The translations under genes were made by a program, and so were the position numbers. From Nanobdellota archaeon (lineage in GTDB: Archaea; Nanobdellota; Nanobdellia; Pacearchaeales; GW2011-AR1), in assembly GCA_030641715.1 (NCBI GenBank), contig DAOWGX010000015.1:560-64559 (forward strand): a stretch of DNA of 64,000 nt, read 5' to 3'. The first letter of the stretch is position 1; each line of letters begins with the position of its first letter. This document shows positions 1 through 9,555 of this stretch, piece by piece. The notes under the pieces were generated by a model, which worked only from the letters and a program-made list of their open reading frames with translations, made no database searches and was not told the DNA's origin.

Positions 1-898
1 ATTCTTCCAACGATAAATCCGTCCCGCCGATAACATTAACCAACGCCCCCTTCGCGTTTTTAATATCGACATCCAAGAGCGGATTATTCAAAGCCTTGTC
101 CACAGCCTCCATAGCCCTATCGTTCGAATCCGATTCCCCCATCCCAATCAAAGAAACACCGCCATCAGCCATAATCGTTTTGATATCAGCAAAATCCAAA
201 TTCACTAATCCAGAACTCGTTACCAGTTCCGTAATTCCTTTCACAGAGTTCGTTAAGATTTCATCCGCAACCTTAAACGCCGTCGGAAGTGGTAAGTCCG
301 GCGCAAGCTCCAATAGCTTATCATTAGGAATCACAATCAAAGTATCAACAATCCCTTCCATCCTCTCAAGACCTTCCATCGCATTCTCAATCCGCTTCGC
401 CCCTTCGACGGTAAACGGCAACGTTACGACACCAATCACTAAGGCTCCTTGTTTCTTTGCGATTTCTGCTATGATTGAAGATGCACCTGTCCCGGTTCCG
501 CCACCAAGTCCGCAAGTCACAAAAACCAAATCAGAATTCCCCAACTTTTTCTTAATTTCCTGCTGCTGTTCCTTCGCAGCCTCCGCCCCAATCCTCGGAT
601 TCGACCCCGCACCAAGACCCTTCGACAACTCCCTCCCAATCAAAATCTTCTGGTCTGCATTCGCATAAAGCAAATCCTGCGCGTCAGTATTTATCGCAAT
701 AATCTCACCACCCTTAATCCCAATTTCCCTCATCCGAGAAACAGTATTCCCCCCAGCCCCGCCGACGCCAACGACCTTAATCCTCGCGGATTGCCTCTTC
801 AAAATCTCCTCTAATTCATGGTCTATCTCCGAATTCGCATCTCTCCGGGGGATGGGATAAATTTCAGAGACACCCCCCTCTTTTAGTATATCTTCCAT
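1..898 (-). CDS. ftsZ: Cell division GTPase FtsZ. The C-terminus is cut by the window edge, and the gene is not in the ORF track because it runs off position 1.
   Basis: Reverse-strand translation from the ATG (rc of 896-898) gives MEDILKEGG...[17 protein letters not shown]...[23 protein letters not shown]..., which carries the tubulin/FtsZ GGGTGTG signature. The frame is open to position 1. Confidence 0.85.
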   Translation of the reverse strand, partial: MEDILKEGGVSEIYPIPRRDANSEIDHELEEILKRQSARIKVVGVGGAGGNTVSRMREIGIKGGEIIAINTDAQDLLYANADQKILIGRELSKGLGAGSNPRIGAEAAKEQQQEIKKKLGNSDLVFVTCGLGGGTGTGASSIIAEIAKKQGALVIGVVTLPFTVEGAKRIENAMEGLERMEGIVDTLIVIPNDKLLELAPDLPLPTAFKVADEILTNSVKGITELVTSSGLVNLDFADIKTIMADGGVSLIGMGESDSNDRAMEAVDKALNNPLLDVDIKNAKGALVNVIGGTDLSLEE

Positions 899-1067
899 AA
901 TTAAATTCCGTCATAAGAGTTTTTAAGGATTTAGAGCATTTAGTAGATATAATCCCTGTTAAATATAATTATTGCTCGGGAGAATAATTATCTATTTTTA
1001 AAGTGATAGAAAATGTATATTCTAGAATGATAATTCTTTTAAATAGATTTGATGTCTTATTATAATC

Positions 1068-1556
1068 ATGGTAATAACAACAGAAAAACTTAACAAAATT
1101 GTAAGTCATTACGGTAAGTTGAGCAAACAGAAATGGAGTCCAGATATTATTTTAGAAGATGTAGCGAGGATAGATGTTCAATATGTAGGTAAGGATGAAA
1201 AACTTGTTTCTCATATTAAGTCTATTGAGGGTGATAAACAATTTCTCATAGGGGATGAATTCTATTTTAATACGGCTACCAATAGAAATAGATATTTAGC
1301 CACAGCCCCCTTTGGCATTGTAGCTTCCCGTATCGCAAAAGATAATGGTGTTCAAATTGATTTTAGAACTGAAGATAAATATTGTCATCATGGCAACGTT
1401 TTTTTATTTTATTCAAGTAAGCCTGAAATTTGTAGTCTAACAAAAGAATCCGAAAATTTTAAAATTATTGAAAATCAATTAAAAGGGGTTATCAAGTCTC
1501 AGAATAGATTAAATGAGATAGTAATAAAAGAAGCAGATAGATTATACAATTTATAA
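1068..1556 (+). CDS. Hypothetical protein.
   Basis: A 162-aa ORF with an AT-rich upstream region. I recognise no motif. Confidence 0.35.
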   Translation: MVITTEKLNKIVSHYGKLSKQKWSPDIILEDVARIDVQYVGKDEKLVSHIKSIEGDKQFLIGDEFYFNTATNRNRYLATAPFGIVASRIAKDNGVQIDFRTEDKYCHHGNVFLFYSSKPEICSLTKESENFKIIENQLKGVIKSQNRLNEIVIKEADRLYNL

Positions 1557-1581
1557 CTAATTTTTTGTAATAATAGTTCTG

Positions 1582-2232
1582 CTAATTATCTCTATTCTTC
1601 TCAACAACCTCAGCCCCAACCTTCAACCCCAAAATCTCCTCGAACTTCGGCGCAAACATTTTCACAAACGGCTCCATCTGTTTCTCAACCTTAAACGTAA
1701 CAATCTCGCCCTTCACATCAAACTCAAACTTTTTCCTAAACAAAAATTCCTGAAGCGCATCAACCTTCTCTTTCTCATCAGTTACAATTTTCCCAATCTT
1801 ATACTTATAAGTCACCTTCTTCCCCGCCAAAGGATTATTAAAATCGACCAAAGTTCTTCCCCTGTCGCTTGACAATATTCTCACCAGTTGCCCGTCGAGT
1901 GAAAGTTGCATACCTCGTTGCGGGTCGATTTTTTGCTCATGAAACAACTTCGTCGGAATCATCCGAACCATCTGAGGATTTCGTTTTCCAAAAGCATTTT
2001 CTGGTTGAATATCAATAGAATAAATTTTTCCAATCTCTTTTCCCTCGAGATCCTCATCAAAACCTTTCGGCAACATTTTATGACCCACAGAAAGAACAAA
2101 AGGTTTTATATCCTTAACATCTAACCCAGCCTTCTCAGCATCAGCTTTTATATTCGTATCGAAAACTTCATCAGTACCTGTGATTCCCCCAGTAAACTCA
2201 ACTTCGATAAAATCGTTTTTCTTAATTGCCAT
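1582..2232 (-). CDS. FKBP-type peptidyl-prolyl cis-trans isomerase (long archaeal FKBP/SlyD-like).
   Basis: An FKBP-like N-domain (VEFTGGITGTDEVFDTN) followed by a C-terminal segment LAGKKVTYKYKIGKI. Assignment is from family resemblance. Confidence 0.55.
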   Translation of the reverse strand: MAIKKNDFIEVEFTGGITGTDEVFDTNIKADAEKAGLDVKDIKPFVLSVGHKMLPKGFDEDLEGKEIGKIYSIDIQPENAFGKRNPQMVRMIPTKLFHEQKIDPQRGMQLSLDGQLVRILSSDRGRTLVDFNNPLAGKKVTYKYKIGKIVTDEKEKVDALQEFLFRKKFEFDVKGEIVTFKVEKQMEPFVKMFAPKFEEILGLKVGAEVVEKNRDN

Positions 2233-2299
2233 ATTGGTTTGGAGAAATAGAGGTTTTTAAGTTTATTGTGCAAAGTTTTATAAATGATTTTTTTTTCTG

Positions 2300-2695
2300 A
2301 TGAATATGGTATCTAAAGTTATTGATGCGACGGAAATGCGTGTCGGCACGTACATTATAATTGACGGTGGAGTTTATCAAGTTAAGAAAATGGACGTCTC
2401 TAAAACCGGAAAACATGGACACGCGAAAGTCCGGTTCGAAGCTGTCTCGATTTTAACCGGGAAAAAGAAAGTTCAAGTTGTTCCAGGACACGATAGATTT
2501 GAAGTCCCAATGATTAACAAAAGACAGGGACAAGTTTTGTCAATCAATGGAGAAACAGCGAGCATTATGGATAGCGAGAATTTTGAGAACTATGACTTGA
2601 TAATTCCTGAAGATTTGAAAGATTCCGTTACTGACGGCGTGACTGTCGAATACTGGGATGTTGAAGGCGATAAATTAATCAAGAAGGTGATGTAA
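2300..2695 (+). CDS. eif5a: Translation initiation factor 5A (aIF5A).
   Basis: The hypusine-loop motif SKTGKHGHAK is present, and the 131-aa length fits aIF5A. Confidence 0.85.
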   Translation: MNMVSKVIDATEMRVGTYIIIDGGVYQVKKMDVSKTGKHGHAKVRFEAVSILTGKKKVQVVPGHDRFEVPMINKRQGQVLSINGETASIMDSENFENYDLIIPEDLKDSVTDGVTVEYWDVEGDKLIKKVM

Positions 2696-2859
2696 TGGCT
2701 GTAAAACTTCCAGCTGCGCAAAACAGATTATACAAGAATGCATTTGTATGTAAAGTTTGTAAACACAAAATGAAACTTGAGTCCTTAAAAATTTTGACAG
2801 GAAAAGCGCGATGTCGAAAATGCGGTGGACGAGATTTCCGACCTGTCAGAAAGAAATAA
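2695..2859 (+). CDS. rpl40e: 50S ribosomal protein L40e. This small ORF is not in the ORF track.
   Basis: A 54-aa product, MAVKLPAAQNRLYKNAFVCKVCKHKMKLESLKILTGKARCRKCGGRDFRPVRKK, with a C4 zinc ribbon (CxxC...CxxC) and an LRP-like C-terminal, like L40e. Its ATG overlaps the aIF5A stop. Confidence 0.55.
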   Translation: MAVKLPAAQNRLYKNAFVCKVCKHKMKLESLKILTGKARCRKCGGRDFRPVRKK

Positions 2860-2949
2860 TTGTTTGCCCAAAATTTCTACTTATTACATTCAGATTATTA
2901 AAAATAAAACTGACAGTACCTATATAAACCTTAGAAATAATATTTTAAC

Positions 2950-4329
2950 ATGGTGAGTTTTTGGGTTTATGATGTCGGGTTTATGATTTTGTTTAGCATA
3001 TTTGTAGCCTGGTTTCTTTCCTCTCGGAAAAAAAGTTTAAGTCGTGAAGGAATTATTTTTATGTATCGAACAAAATTTGGGATGAAGGCGATAAATTATG
3101 TCGGAGATAAATTTAAGAGACTATTGCATGGATTAAAATATATCGTTGTTGCCGTCGGTGTTGCGTTGATGGGTGTGATGATTTGGATGCTGGGACAAAC
3201 GCTTTCGATTTATATTATGAATCCAGAGATTACAAAAGTGATTAAAGCCCCTCCGATTGCGCCGCTAATTCCATATTTCCCTAAGCTGTTTGGAATGGAA
3301 AGCTTTTTCCCGCCATTTTATTTTACTTATTTTATTGTAGCTTTAGCGATTGTCGCGATTGTTCATGAATTTTCTCACGGAGTTTTTATGAGACTGTTTA
3401 AGATTAAAATTAAGTCGACAGGTTTAGTTTTTCTCGGTCCAATTTTAGGAGCATTTGTCGAGGAGGAAAAAAAAGGATTTGAAAAAAAGAAAACATTAGA
3501 ACAGATGACAGTTTTAGGAGCCGGGGTTTTCGCGAATCTTATTTTTGCGTTGATATTTTATGGACTTTACGTTCTGTTTTTCTTCTCGTCGTTTGCCGCA
3601 TCAGGATACATATTTAACACCTACGCTTTGTCCGCAGTCCCGTTAGAAAACATCACTGGCTTTGGTTATCAGGATAATTTAACAACAGTCTTAACTACAA
3701 ACGGAACCTTTTATATGGACAAGCGTTTAGAGGTACAATTGAATCAGAGCAATCGAGATTTTTTGATTGTTTATCCCGAAGCACCAGCAATCTTAGCGCA
3801 GATGCGTGGAACGATTATTCAGGCAGACGATGTAAAGATTATGAATCAGGAAAATCTAATAGAGTTTTTACAAAGTAAGGAACCTGGCGACGAAGTTAAG
3901 TTTGTAACAGAAAATGACGACGGAATCCATGAGTATATTTTTAATTTAGGCTCTCACCCTCAAGATAGTAGTATACCCTACCTAGGCGTTGGGAATTCTA
4001 ACGTTGAACCAAAAGGGTTTATTCAGAAAATTTTAATAGGATTTATGTCATTCAAAGATTCTTCTACATTGTATAAGCCGACGTGGGATGGTGAGTTTGT
4101 TTACTTTATCTATCATTTACTTTGGTGGGTGATGGTCCTTAATCTACTTGTAGCGTTATTTAACATGATGCCCCTCGGAATGCTTGATGGCGGAAGATTC
4201 TTTTATCTTACAATCTTATCAATCACCCGCTCAGAAAAAATCGCGAAACAAGCGTTTAAATTTGCAACCTATGCGATTTTGTTTGTGTTCCTTTTATTAA
4301 TGTTCGTTTGGTTTATCAGAATTATTTAA
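2950..4329 (+). CDS. Site-2 protease family (M50) membrane metalloprotease with a PDZ-like region.
   Basis: A multi-TM protein carrying the HEFSHG (HExxH) motif and the downstream NMMPLGMLDGG (LDG) motif typical of S2P/RseP. Confidence 0.75.
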   Translation: MVSFWVYDVGFMILFSIFVAWFLSSRKKSLSREGIIFMYRTKFGMKAINYVGDKFKRLLHGLKYIVVAVGVALMGVMIWMLGQTLSIYIMNPEITKVIKAPPIAPLIPYFPKLFGMESFFPPFYFTYFIVALAIVAIVHEFSHGVFMRLFKIKIKSTGLVFLGPILGAFVEEEKKGFEKKKTLEQMTVLGAGVFANLIFALIFYGLYVLFFFSSFAASGYIFNTYALSAVPLENITGFGYQDNLTTVLTTNGTFYMDKRLEVQLNQSNRDFLIVYPEAPAILAQMRGTIIQADDVKIMNQENLIEFLQSKEPGDEVKFVTENDDGIHEYIFNLGSHPQDSSIPYLGVGNSNVEPKGFIQKILIGFMSFKDSSTLYKPTWDGEFVYFIYHLLWWVMVLNLLVALFNMMPLGMLDGGRFFYLTILSITRSEKIAKQAFKFATYAILFVFLLLMFVWFIRII

Positions 4330-4412
4330 TAAACTATTTAAAGTGACTTATCGTTAATAAATCGGGATGTTTAGTTCAAGGGATCCCTAACTAAATAAAC
4401 TGAGGTGAAAAC

Positions 4413-4592
4413 ATGGCTTTACCAAAAACTCCAAAACAGTGCGACATTAAGATTAAATCTCTTAAAAAACAAGTCACTGCTATGGAAAAAAGAAGGAAGA
4501 CTCTTGCTACTACTAAGAAACCCGTTAAAAAGAAAGTAGTGAAGAGAAAACCTGCTAAGAAAAAAGTAACTCGAAAGAAAAAGAGAAGGTAA
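4413..4592 (+). CDS. Small lysine-rich basic protein (59 aa), hypothetical.
   Basis: An ATG preceded by GAGGTGA 9 nt upstream. The product is MALPKTPKQCDIKIKSLKKQVTAMEKRRK...KKKVTRKKKRR, with a T-rich stretch after the stop. It is not in the ORF track. Confidence 0.3.
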   Translation: MALPKTPKQCDIKIKSLKKQVTAMEKRRKTLATTKKPVKKKVVKRKPAKKKVTRKKKRR

Positions 4593-4657
4593 ATAAACAA
4601 ATTTTTATTTTTATTTTTTTTGATTAATTTTATAAATGATCTCCTTATTTTTTTATT

Positions 4658-5653
4658 ATGGGACCTAGTAGCATTAAAAAAGCCAAGGAGAAACTGGAGG
4701 AAGAAGGTTACGGCATAGTTGGAAATCATAGTGCTGTAAAGATTTGTCTTTGGACAAAGCATGCCATTCGAGGAGACGCGAGTTGTTGGAAAGAAAAATT
4801 TTATGGTATTGGTTCTGCAGGTTGTTGTCAAATGACCCCGAGTTTGTTTCACTGCGAGAACAAATGTCTTCATTGCTGGAGAAATTTAGATTATACTTCG
4901 AACGAAAAAATAAAAGATGTCGACAATCCAAAAGAAATTCTCGACGGGATTGTTGAAGCAAGGAAGAAGTTGTTGACAGGTTTTAAAGGTCGGAAAGGAA
5001 TTGATTTGAAAAAGTTTGAGGATGCACTTGAACCAAAGTTGTATACAATGAGTTTGTCGGGGGAGCCGACGCTTTATCCTCGATTGGGCGAGATGTTCAA
5101 AGAAATCCGTCACCGAAAAGCCGTTTCGTTTCTAGTTACAAACGGTCTGAACCCCGAAGTAATCGCAGAGTTTAGAGACGACGAACTACCAACACAGATT
5201 ACAGTTTCGACGAATGCCCCGAACGAAAAGCTGTTTAAAATTTGGCATCGGTCGACGAAAAAGAATGCTTGGAAGGAATTTAATAAAACTTTGGAAGTGA
5301 TTAAAAATTTAAAAGGAAAGGTTAGAAGAGTGATTCGATTGACGTTGGTTAAGGATGGAGAAGAGGGAGAGTTTAACGAGGTGACGAATATGACTAATGA
5401 GAACGTTGAAGAATATTGTAATTTAATTAGAAAGGCGGAGCCAGATTTTATCCACGTTAAAGGATTCAAAAGCGTAGGCTACTCTAGAAAAAGAATGGGC
5501 TATGATAACCAACCTTGGTTTAAGGAGGTTAAGGGGTATTCCGAGAAGATTAAGGAAGGGTTGGACAGATATGAAATTGCTGGAGAAGACGAGAGAAGTT
5601 GTGTTGTTATGTTAGCAAAGAAAGGGTGTGAGCTGAAGATTATACGAGTCTGA
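4658..5653 (+). CDS. taw1: tRNA 4-demethylwyosine synthase (radical SAM, Taw1/TYW1).
   Basis: The radical SAM cluster CENKCLHC sits alongside the upstream conserved Cys pattern SAVKICLWTKHAIRG...CCQMTP, which is characteristic of TYW1/Taw1. Confidence 0.75.
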   Translation: MGPSSIKKAKEKLEEEGYGIVGNHSAVKICLWTKHAIRGDASCWKEKFYGIGSAGCCQMTPSLFHCENKCLHCWRNLDYTSNEKIKDVDNPKEILDGIVEARKKLLTGFKGRKGIDLKKFEDALEPKLYTMSLSGEPTLYPRLGEMFKEIRHRKAVSFLVTNGLNPEVIAEFRDDELPTQITVSTNAPNEKLFKIWHRSTKKNAWKEFNKTLEVIKNLKGKVRRVIRLTLVKDGEEGEFNEVTNMTNENVEEYCNLIRKAEPDFIHVKGFKSVGYSRKRMGYDNQPWFKEVKGYSEKIKEGLDRYEIAGEDERSCVVMLAKKGCELKIIRV

Positions 5654-5660
5654 GAATATA

Positions 5661-6344
5661 TTAATCTATATCCTTATCTATTACCACAACCCGGAAATTT
5701 GGAGCAGAAGACGCTAAGTTGAGCAAATTGGAGTCCAGGCCTCCTTTTTCTTTGATATACAATCTCGAAAAACCACCATCTCCCGTATAGAGAGTTCTGT
5801 TTCCGTTTTTATCAAAAATTGGAATTCCTCTTTCATCAGTTTTTGAAAACGTCTTTCTATTATTTCGATGGCCTAACTCTGGAGCATCATAAACCTCTGT
5901 TTTATTAGTCGTTTTAAATTTTAATCCATAAACAGATTCTGCAGATTCTTCAATACCTAAATTAGTTACAACTACTGGATTTCTTAAATATTTTTTCCCA
6001 ATTTGTTTTGCTAAGTCCCTTGCTAAAAAATCAACTGACTTACAAGAATCTCCTATCCTCCTCAAAACAACAACAGGAGCATCAACACAAAATCCTGAAA
6101 TCCAATCTTTATTCTCCTCCGCAATAACTCCCAGATCTGACAAACTAGCAACATTAACTCCTTGATTTTGTAATTCTATAATCTTAAATAAATTCGAAGG
6201 CGCTTTCAAAACCCTCCCTCCCCTTTCCGAAAAATATTTTTCATTTACAGTTCTGTTATACTCTGTTTCTTCATCTACAGACAAAAATCTCACATTAGGC
6301 AAAGTCAGATTTCTAGGAGTTACGGTCCTATAATTTTGTCCCAT
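5661..6344 (-). CDS. Conserved hypothetical protein.
   Basis: A 227-aa ORF that is GC-richer than its neighbours. I cannot assign a family. Confidence 0.4.
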   Translation of the reverse strand: MGQNYRTVTPRNLTLPNVRFLSVDEETEYNRTVNEKYFSERGGRVLKAPSNLFKIIELQNQGVNVASLSDLGVIAEENKDWISGFCVDAPVVVLRRIGDSCKSVDFLARDLAKQIGKKYLRNPVVVTNLGIEESAESVYGLKFKTTNKTEVYDAPELGHRNNRKTFSKTDERGIPIFDKNGNRTLYTGDGGFSRLYIKEKGGLDSNLLNLASSAPNFRVVVIDKDID

Positions 6345-6362
6345 AATTTTTAAAGTAATACC

Positions 6363-6716
6363 TCACAACATCACAACCCCGTCTTTAGTCAAAGCCGTGA
6401 ACCTAACACCGACGGGCAAACCCAACAACGCAGACTGCAACGCCATGTGTTCCTTCCCGTTCCCCGACGCTATCGAGAGCGCAACCTCAAGCCCTCCGAA
6501 TTTCCCTTCAAGTTTTTTCGCAAATTCCTTTTTTAACTGTATTAAAGATTTATCCGAATCGAACTCAACGAAATCAAAAGGAACTCCCGGAACACTAAAC
6601 TCCCTCGCGAACGAAGTCCCAACAACTATAATCCTCTCCCACTCACCTTTTTTCATCAGACCAGCGACCTGCCCCCAAGTCCCCTTTCCTGTGGATAGTA
6701 GTGCTACAAGTTCCAT
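6363..6716 (-). CDS. Hypothetical protein.
   Basis: A 117-aa ORF with compact spacing to the upstream gene. I recognise no family. Confidence 0.4.
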   Translation of the reverse strand: MELVALLSTGKGTWGQVAGLMKKGEWERIIVVGTSFAREFSVPGVPFDFVEFDSDKSLIQLKKEFAKKLEGKFGGLEVALSIASGNGKEHMALQSALLGLPVGVRFTALTKDGVVML

Positions 6717-6851
6717 AAACCTTCCCCGAGTAATCCATATTTAAGGATTGTTGTGATGAAAAGTAAGTTTTATAAACTAAACTTTCACCTAAATTACACT
6801 ACTGTTAGTAGTAGACGAAAGTCGAAAATAAATTCTAACAGTTTTAACAAC

Positions 6852-7472
6852 ATGGAGATTAAAAAAGCATTAGCAGAATTACGAAAAGAAAAGAAAAGAA
6901 AGTTTGTCCAAACAGTGGACTTAGTTATGAACCTAAAAAATTTCGATGTTAGAAAAGAAGCCTTAAACACATTCGTTTCGATGCCACATCCTAGCGAAAA
7001 AAAGTTAGCGGCGTTTTTTACAAAGAAGTCAAAGTTAATCGATACGATTACCGAGGAAGATTTCGTTAAATATAAAGAGATGAAAGAAATTAAAAAACTT
7101 GCGAAAAAATATGACGCTTTTATCGCAGTCGCTCCGATGATGGGAAAGATTGCTACTAAGTTCGGCCGAGTTTTTGGTCCAATGAATCGAATGCCAAGTC
7201 CTCAGGCAGGAATCATTCCTCAGGAAAAAGACGAGATGATTAATGCGATGATTGGGAAAATGAAAAAATCTATCCGAGTTAAGAATAAAGAGATGGCAAT
7301 CAAGTTGGCTGTTGGTAAGGAAAATATGGGTGATGAAGAGTTGGAGGAAAATATTACTGCAGTTATCAAAGGACTTGAAAAAGTTTTGCCGAGGGGCAGG
7401 GATAATGTTAAAGAAGTTTTGATTAAGTTTACTATGACTAAACCAATTACAATTGTGGAGGCAAAGAAATAA
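6852..7472 (+). CDS. rpl1: 50S ribosomal protein L1. The start is moved to the internal Met relative to the ORF track.
   Basis: MEIKKALAELRK...FVQTVDLVMNLKNFDVRK...AVAPMMGKIATKFGRVFGPMNRMP is L1-like. The upstream 33 codons of the ORF-track frame look like a non-coding extension. Confidence 0.8.
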   Translation: MEIKKALAELRKEKKRKFVQTVDLVMNLKNFDVRKEALNTFVSMPHPSEKKLAAFFTKKSKLIDTITEEDFVKYKEMKEIKKLAKKYDAFIAVAPMMGKIATKFGRVFGPMNRMPSPQAGIIPQEKDEMINAMIGKMKKSIRVKNKEMAIKLAVGKENMGDEELEENITAVIKGLEKVLPRGRDNVKEVLIKFTMTKPITIVEAKK

Positions 7473-7792
7473 TGGTTGATGAGAACAAGAGAACTCTTTT
7501 GATTGTAGAAGATGATCGGGGCGTATTAGATGCGTATGAAACGGCATTTGGCAGAAAATACAATGTAACCTCTGTTTTTCATCCTAATGAAGATATTCCT
7601 CTAAAGTATTATGATTTGGCCATACTAGACGGTCTAAAGGGGGATTGCATAGATGTGGCGAAAAGAATAAAGGCTGGAAAAACGATTGTTATATCTGGTG
7701 ATCCCAATATGCTCAAGAAGGCAGATGAGGCTGGTTTGATGACTGGGGAGAAACCTATATCTTGTAATAAACTTGAGGAGATGTTAAGATAA
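7472..7792 (+). CDS. Stand-alone CheY-like response regulator receiver domain.
   Basis: LLIVEDD (acidic pocket), AILD (phospho-acceptor Asp), VISG (T/S) and GEKP (K-P) lie at the receiver spacing. The gene overlaps the L1 stop and abuts the L10 start. Confidence 0.65.
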   Translation: MVDENKRTLLIVEDDRGVLDAYETAFGRKYNVTSVFHPNEDIPLKYYDLAILDGLKGDCIDVAKRIKAGKTIVISGDPNMLKKADEAGLMTGEKPISCNKLEEMLR

Positions 7793-8682
7793 TGGTAGCA
7801 CAAAAAGAAACTCACGTAGCAGAAGCGAAGAAGCAGAAGGTCAAAGAGTTAGCTGAACAGATGAAAAGAAAGACCGTTATGATTATCTCAATCAAAGGCT
7901 TGCCGTCAGCACAGTTCCAAGATATTAAAAAGAAATTGAGAAGCAAGGCAAGAATTCAAGTTGCCAAAAAAAGTTCGGTAGATTTCGCACTTGACCATTG
8001 TGGGATAAAAGAACTCCACGGATTAGTTCAGTATGTTGACGACTCGACCGCCTTGCTGTTCTCCGACGTCGACGCATTCGAAATTTCCGGAATTCTCGCC
8101 GACGAAAAAAGTCCGGCGAAAGCAAAAGCTGGACAGATTGCTCCAAGCGATATCGAAGTTAAAGCAGGACCTACAGAACTGATTCCAGGTCCGGATATTT
8201 CTGCGTTGAGTGCCGTGGGGTTAATACCAAAAGTAGAAAACGGAAAAATCGCAGTTATGCAGGACAAAGTCATAGTCAAAGAAGGCGGAGAAATAACAGA
8301 AGCCCTAGCGTCGATTATGGCAAAGCTAGATATCATTCCTTTCGAAGTTGGAGTTGAACCCGTCGCCGCTTACATGGATGGAAAAGTTTATGCGAATATT
8401 AAAATTGATAAAGTTGCGACACTAATTGAACTTGAAGAAAGTTTCGGACGCGCAATTGCATTCTCCGTCGAGCTAGGAATTATAAACGATTCGACAATAG
8501 ATTTTATCATTGGAAAAGCAGGGGTGGAAGGAAATGCCATTGATGTCCTAATTAGCGAAGAGAAAACAGAAGAAGCGTCCACAGAAGACGATAAAAAAGA
8601 AGAAGTCGTCGGGGAAGAAAAGAGCGAAGAGAAAGCAGAGGATAATACTGAAGAAGTAAAAACTTCGGAGGAAACAGAATAA
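7792..8682 (+). CDS. rpl10: 50S ribosomal protein L10/P0.
   Basis: The N-terminal P0 region is ISIKGLPSAQFQDIKKKLRSKARIQVAKKS, with an acidic C-terminal tail, and the gene sits between L1 and L12. Confidence 0.85.
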   Translation: MVAQKETHVAEAKKQKVKELAEQMKRKTVMIISIKGLPSAQFQDIKKKLRSKARIQVAKKSSVDFALDHCGIKELHGLVQYVDDSTALLFSDVDAFEISGILADEKSPAKAKAGQIAPSDIEVKAGPTELIPGPDISALSAVGLIPKVENGKIAVMQDKVIVKEGGEITEALASIMAKLDIIPFEVGVEPVAAYMDGKVYANIKIDKVATLIELEESFGRAIAFSVELGIINDSTIDFIIGKAGVEGNAIDVLISEEKTEEASTEDDKKEEVVGEEKSEEKAEDNTEEVKTSEETE

Positions 8683-8973
8683 ATGGAATACACATATGCG
8701 GCACTTTTGTTGCACAAGGTTGGAAAGGATATCAACGAAGATAACTTGAAGGCTGTTATTTCCGCGACTGGCGCCGAGGTTGACGAAGCGAAGGTTAAGG
8801 TAATGGTAGCGTCTTTAAGTGGCGTCGATATCGCAGACAAACTTGCGAATGCATCCATCGCAGCAGCTCCGGCAGCTGGAAATGCAGAAGCAGCAGAAGC
8901 ACCTAAAGAAGAAAAGAAGAAAGAAGAACCAAAAGCCGAGGCGGCTGAAGGTTTGGCTTCGTTGTTCGGATAG
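8683..8973 (+). CDS. rpl12: 50S ribosomal protein L12/P1.
   Basis: [25 protein letters not shown]... is followed by an Ala/Glu-rich hinge and the C-terminal [11 protein letters not shown]. Confidence 0.85.
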   Translation: MEYTYAALLLHKVGKDINEDNLKAVISATGAEVDEAKVKVMVASLSGVDIADKLANASIAAAPAAGNAEAAEAPKEEKKKEEPKAEAAEGLASLFG

Positions 8974-9312
8974 ATTCGTAATTGAATTTTGAGATGGCGA
9001 AGTCTTAGTTGGCTTTGCTGTTATTCGGAAGCGAGGTCGTTGTGGCTTGGCTTTCGGAGATGGTGGAGGAATAACATTAGTATGCTTATAACAAAGCATT
9101 CTGTTAAGTGGAATTAAGAGCGTCCACATTTTAACTTAAAAATTCTTGACATTCGACTAACCCACATCACGAGGGAATTAAGATTTTTGAAAGAGAAAGA
9201 ATTGATTGAATGTATTAATCCTAACGAAAGAGTTGGGAGATTATATCAGTTGACTGTTAAAGGTAAGCGATTGAAAAAAGAAATGATTGGTAAAAAGTTG
9301 ATTTAATCTCCC

Positions 9313-9555
9313 TCAATAAACCTTTTTCCTATGTTGACACCGCAAAAAATAAATCGTACTTTTATCAAAAGTGTAAATTATTCTGAAAGGCCAGACATAA
9401 ACCGTTCGTTCACTTTTCAAATTATACCTTAATGGTTTCCCCGTCTCAGGAGTTTGTATAATCTTTTGTATCTGCTTTACAACCTTTTTCTTTACGGAGT
9501 TATCGAATTTTTTAACCTCTTTTTCGAATTTATCTGTGTAGATGATATCTACCAT
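9313..9555 (-). CDS. RelE/ParE-family type II toxin.
   Basis: An 80-aa product whose GKPLRYNLKSERTVYVWPFRIIYTFDKSTIYFLRCQHRKKVY fits the RelE pattern. It overlaps the upstream antitoxin by 7 nt. Confidence 0.75.
   Translation of the reverse strand: MVDIIYTDKFEKEVKKFDNSVKKKVVKQIQKIIQTPETGKPLRYNLKSERTVYVWPFRIIYTFDKSTIYFLRCQHRKKVY

Noticed and set aside
96-668. A 190-aa plus-strand ORF.
   Set aside because: It is antisense to the clearly recognisable ftsZ gene on the minus strand and its translation is low-complexity Ser/Pro/Ala-rich.
4391-4961. Minus-strand ORFs of 160 aa and 95 aa, and a plus-strand ORF of 70 aa.
   Set aside because: They give low-complexity, Phe/Leu-rich or Arg-rich translations of AT-rich DNA, overlapping the small basic ORF and the 5' end of taw1. 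The Taw1 frame carries the real motifs.
6397-6744. A 115-aa plus-strand ORF.
   Set aside because: It is antisense to the 6363-6716 gene, with a Pro/Ser-rich translation typical of a GC-richer antisense frame.
8028-8858. Minus-strand ORFs of 102 aa and 156 aa.
   Set aside because: They are antisense to rpl10 and rpl12, and their Ser/Ala-rich translation is a mirror of the acidic/Ala-rich r-protein tails.
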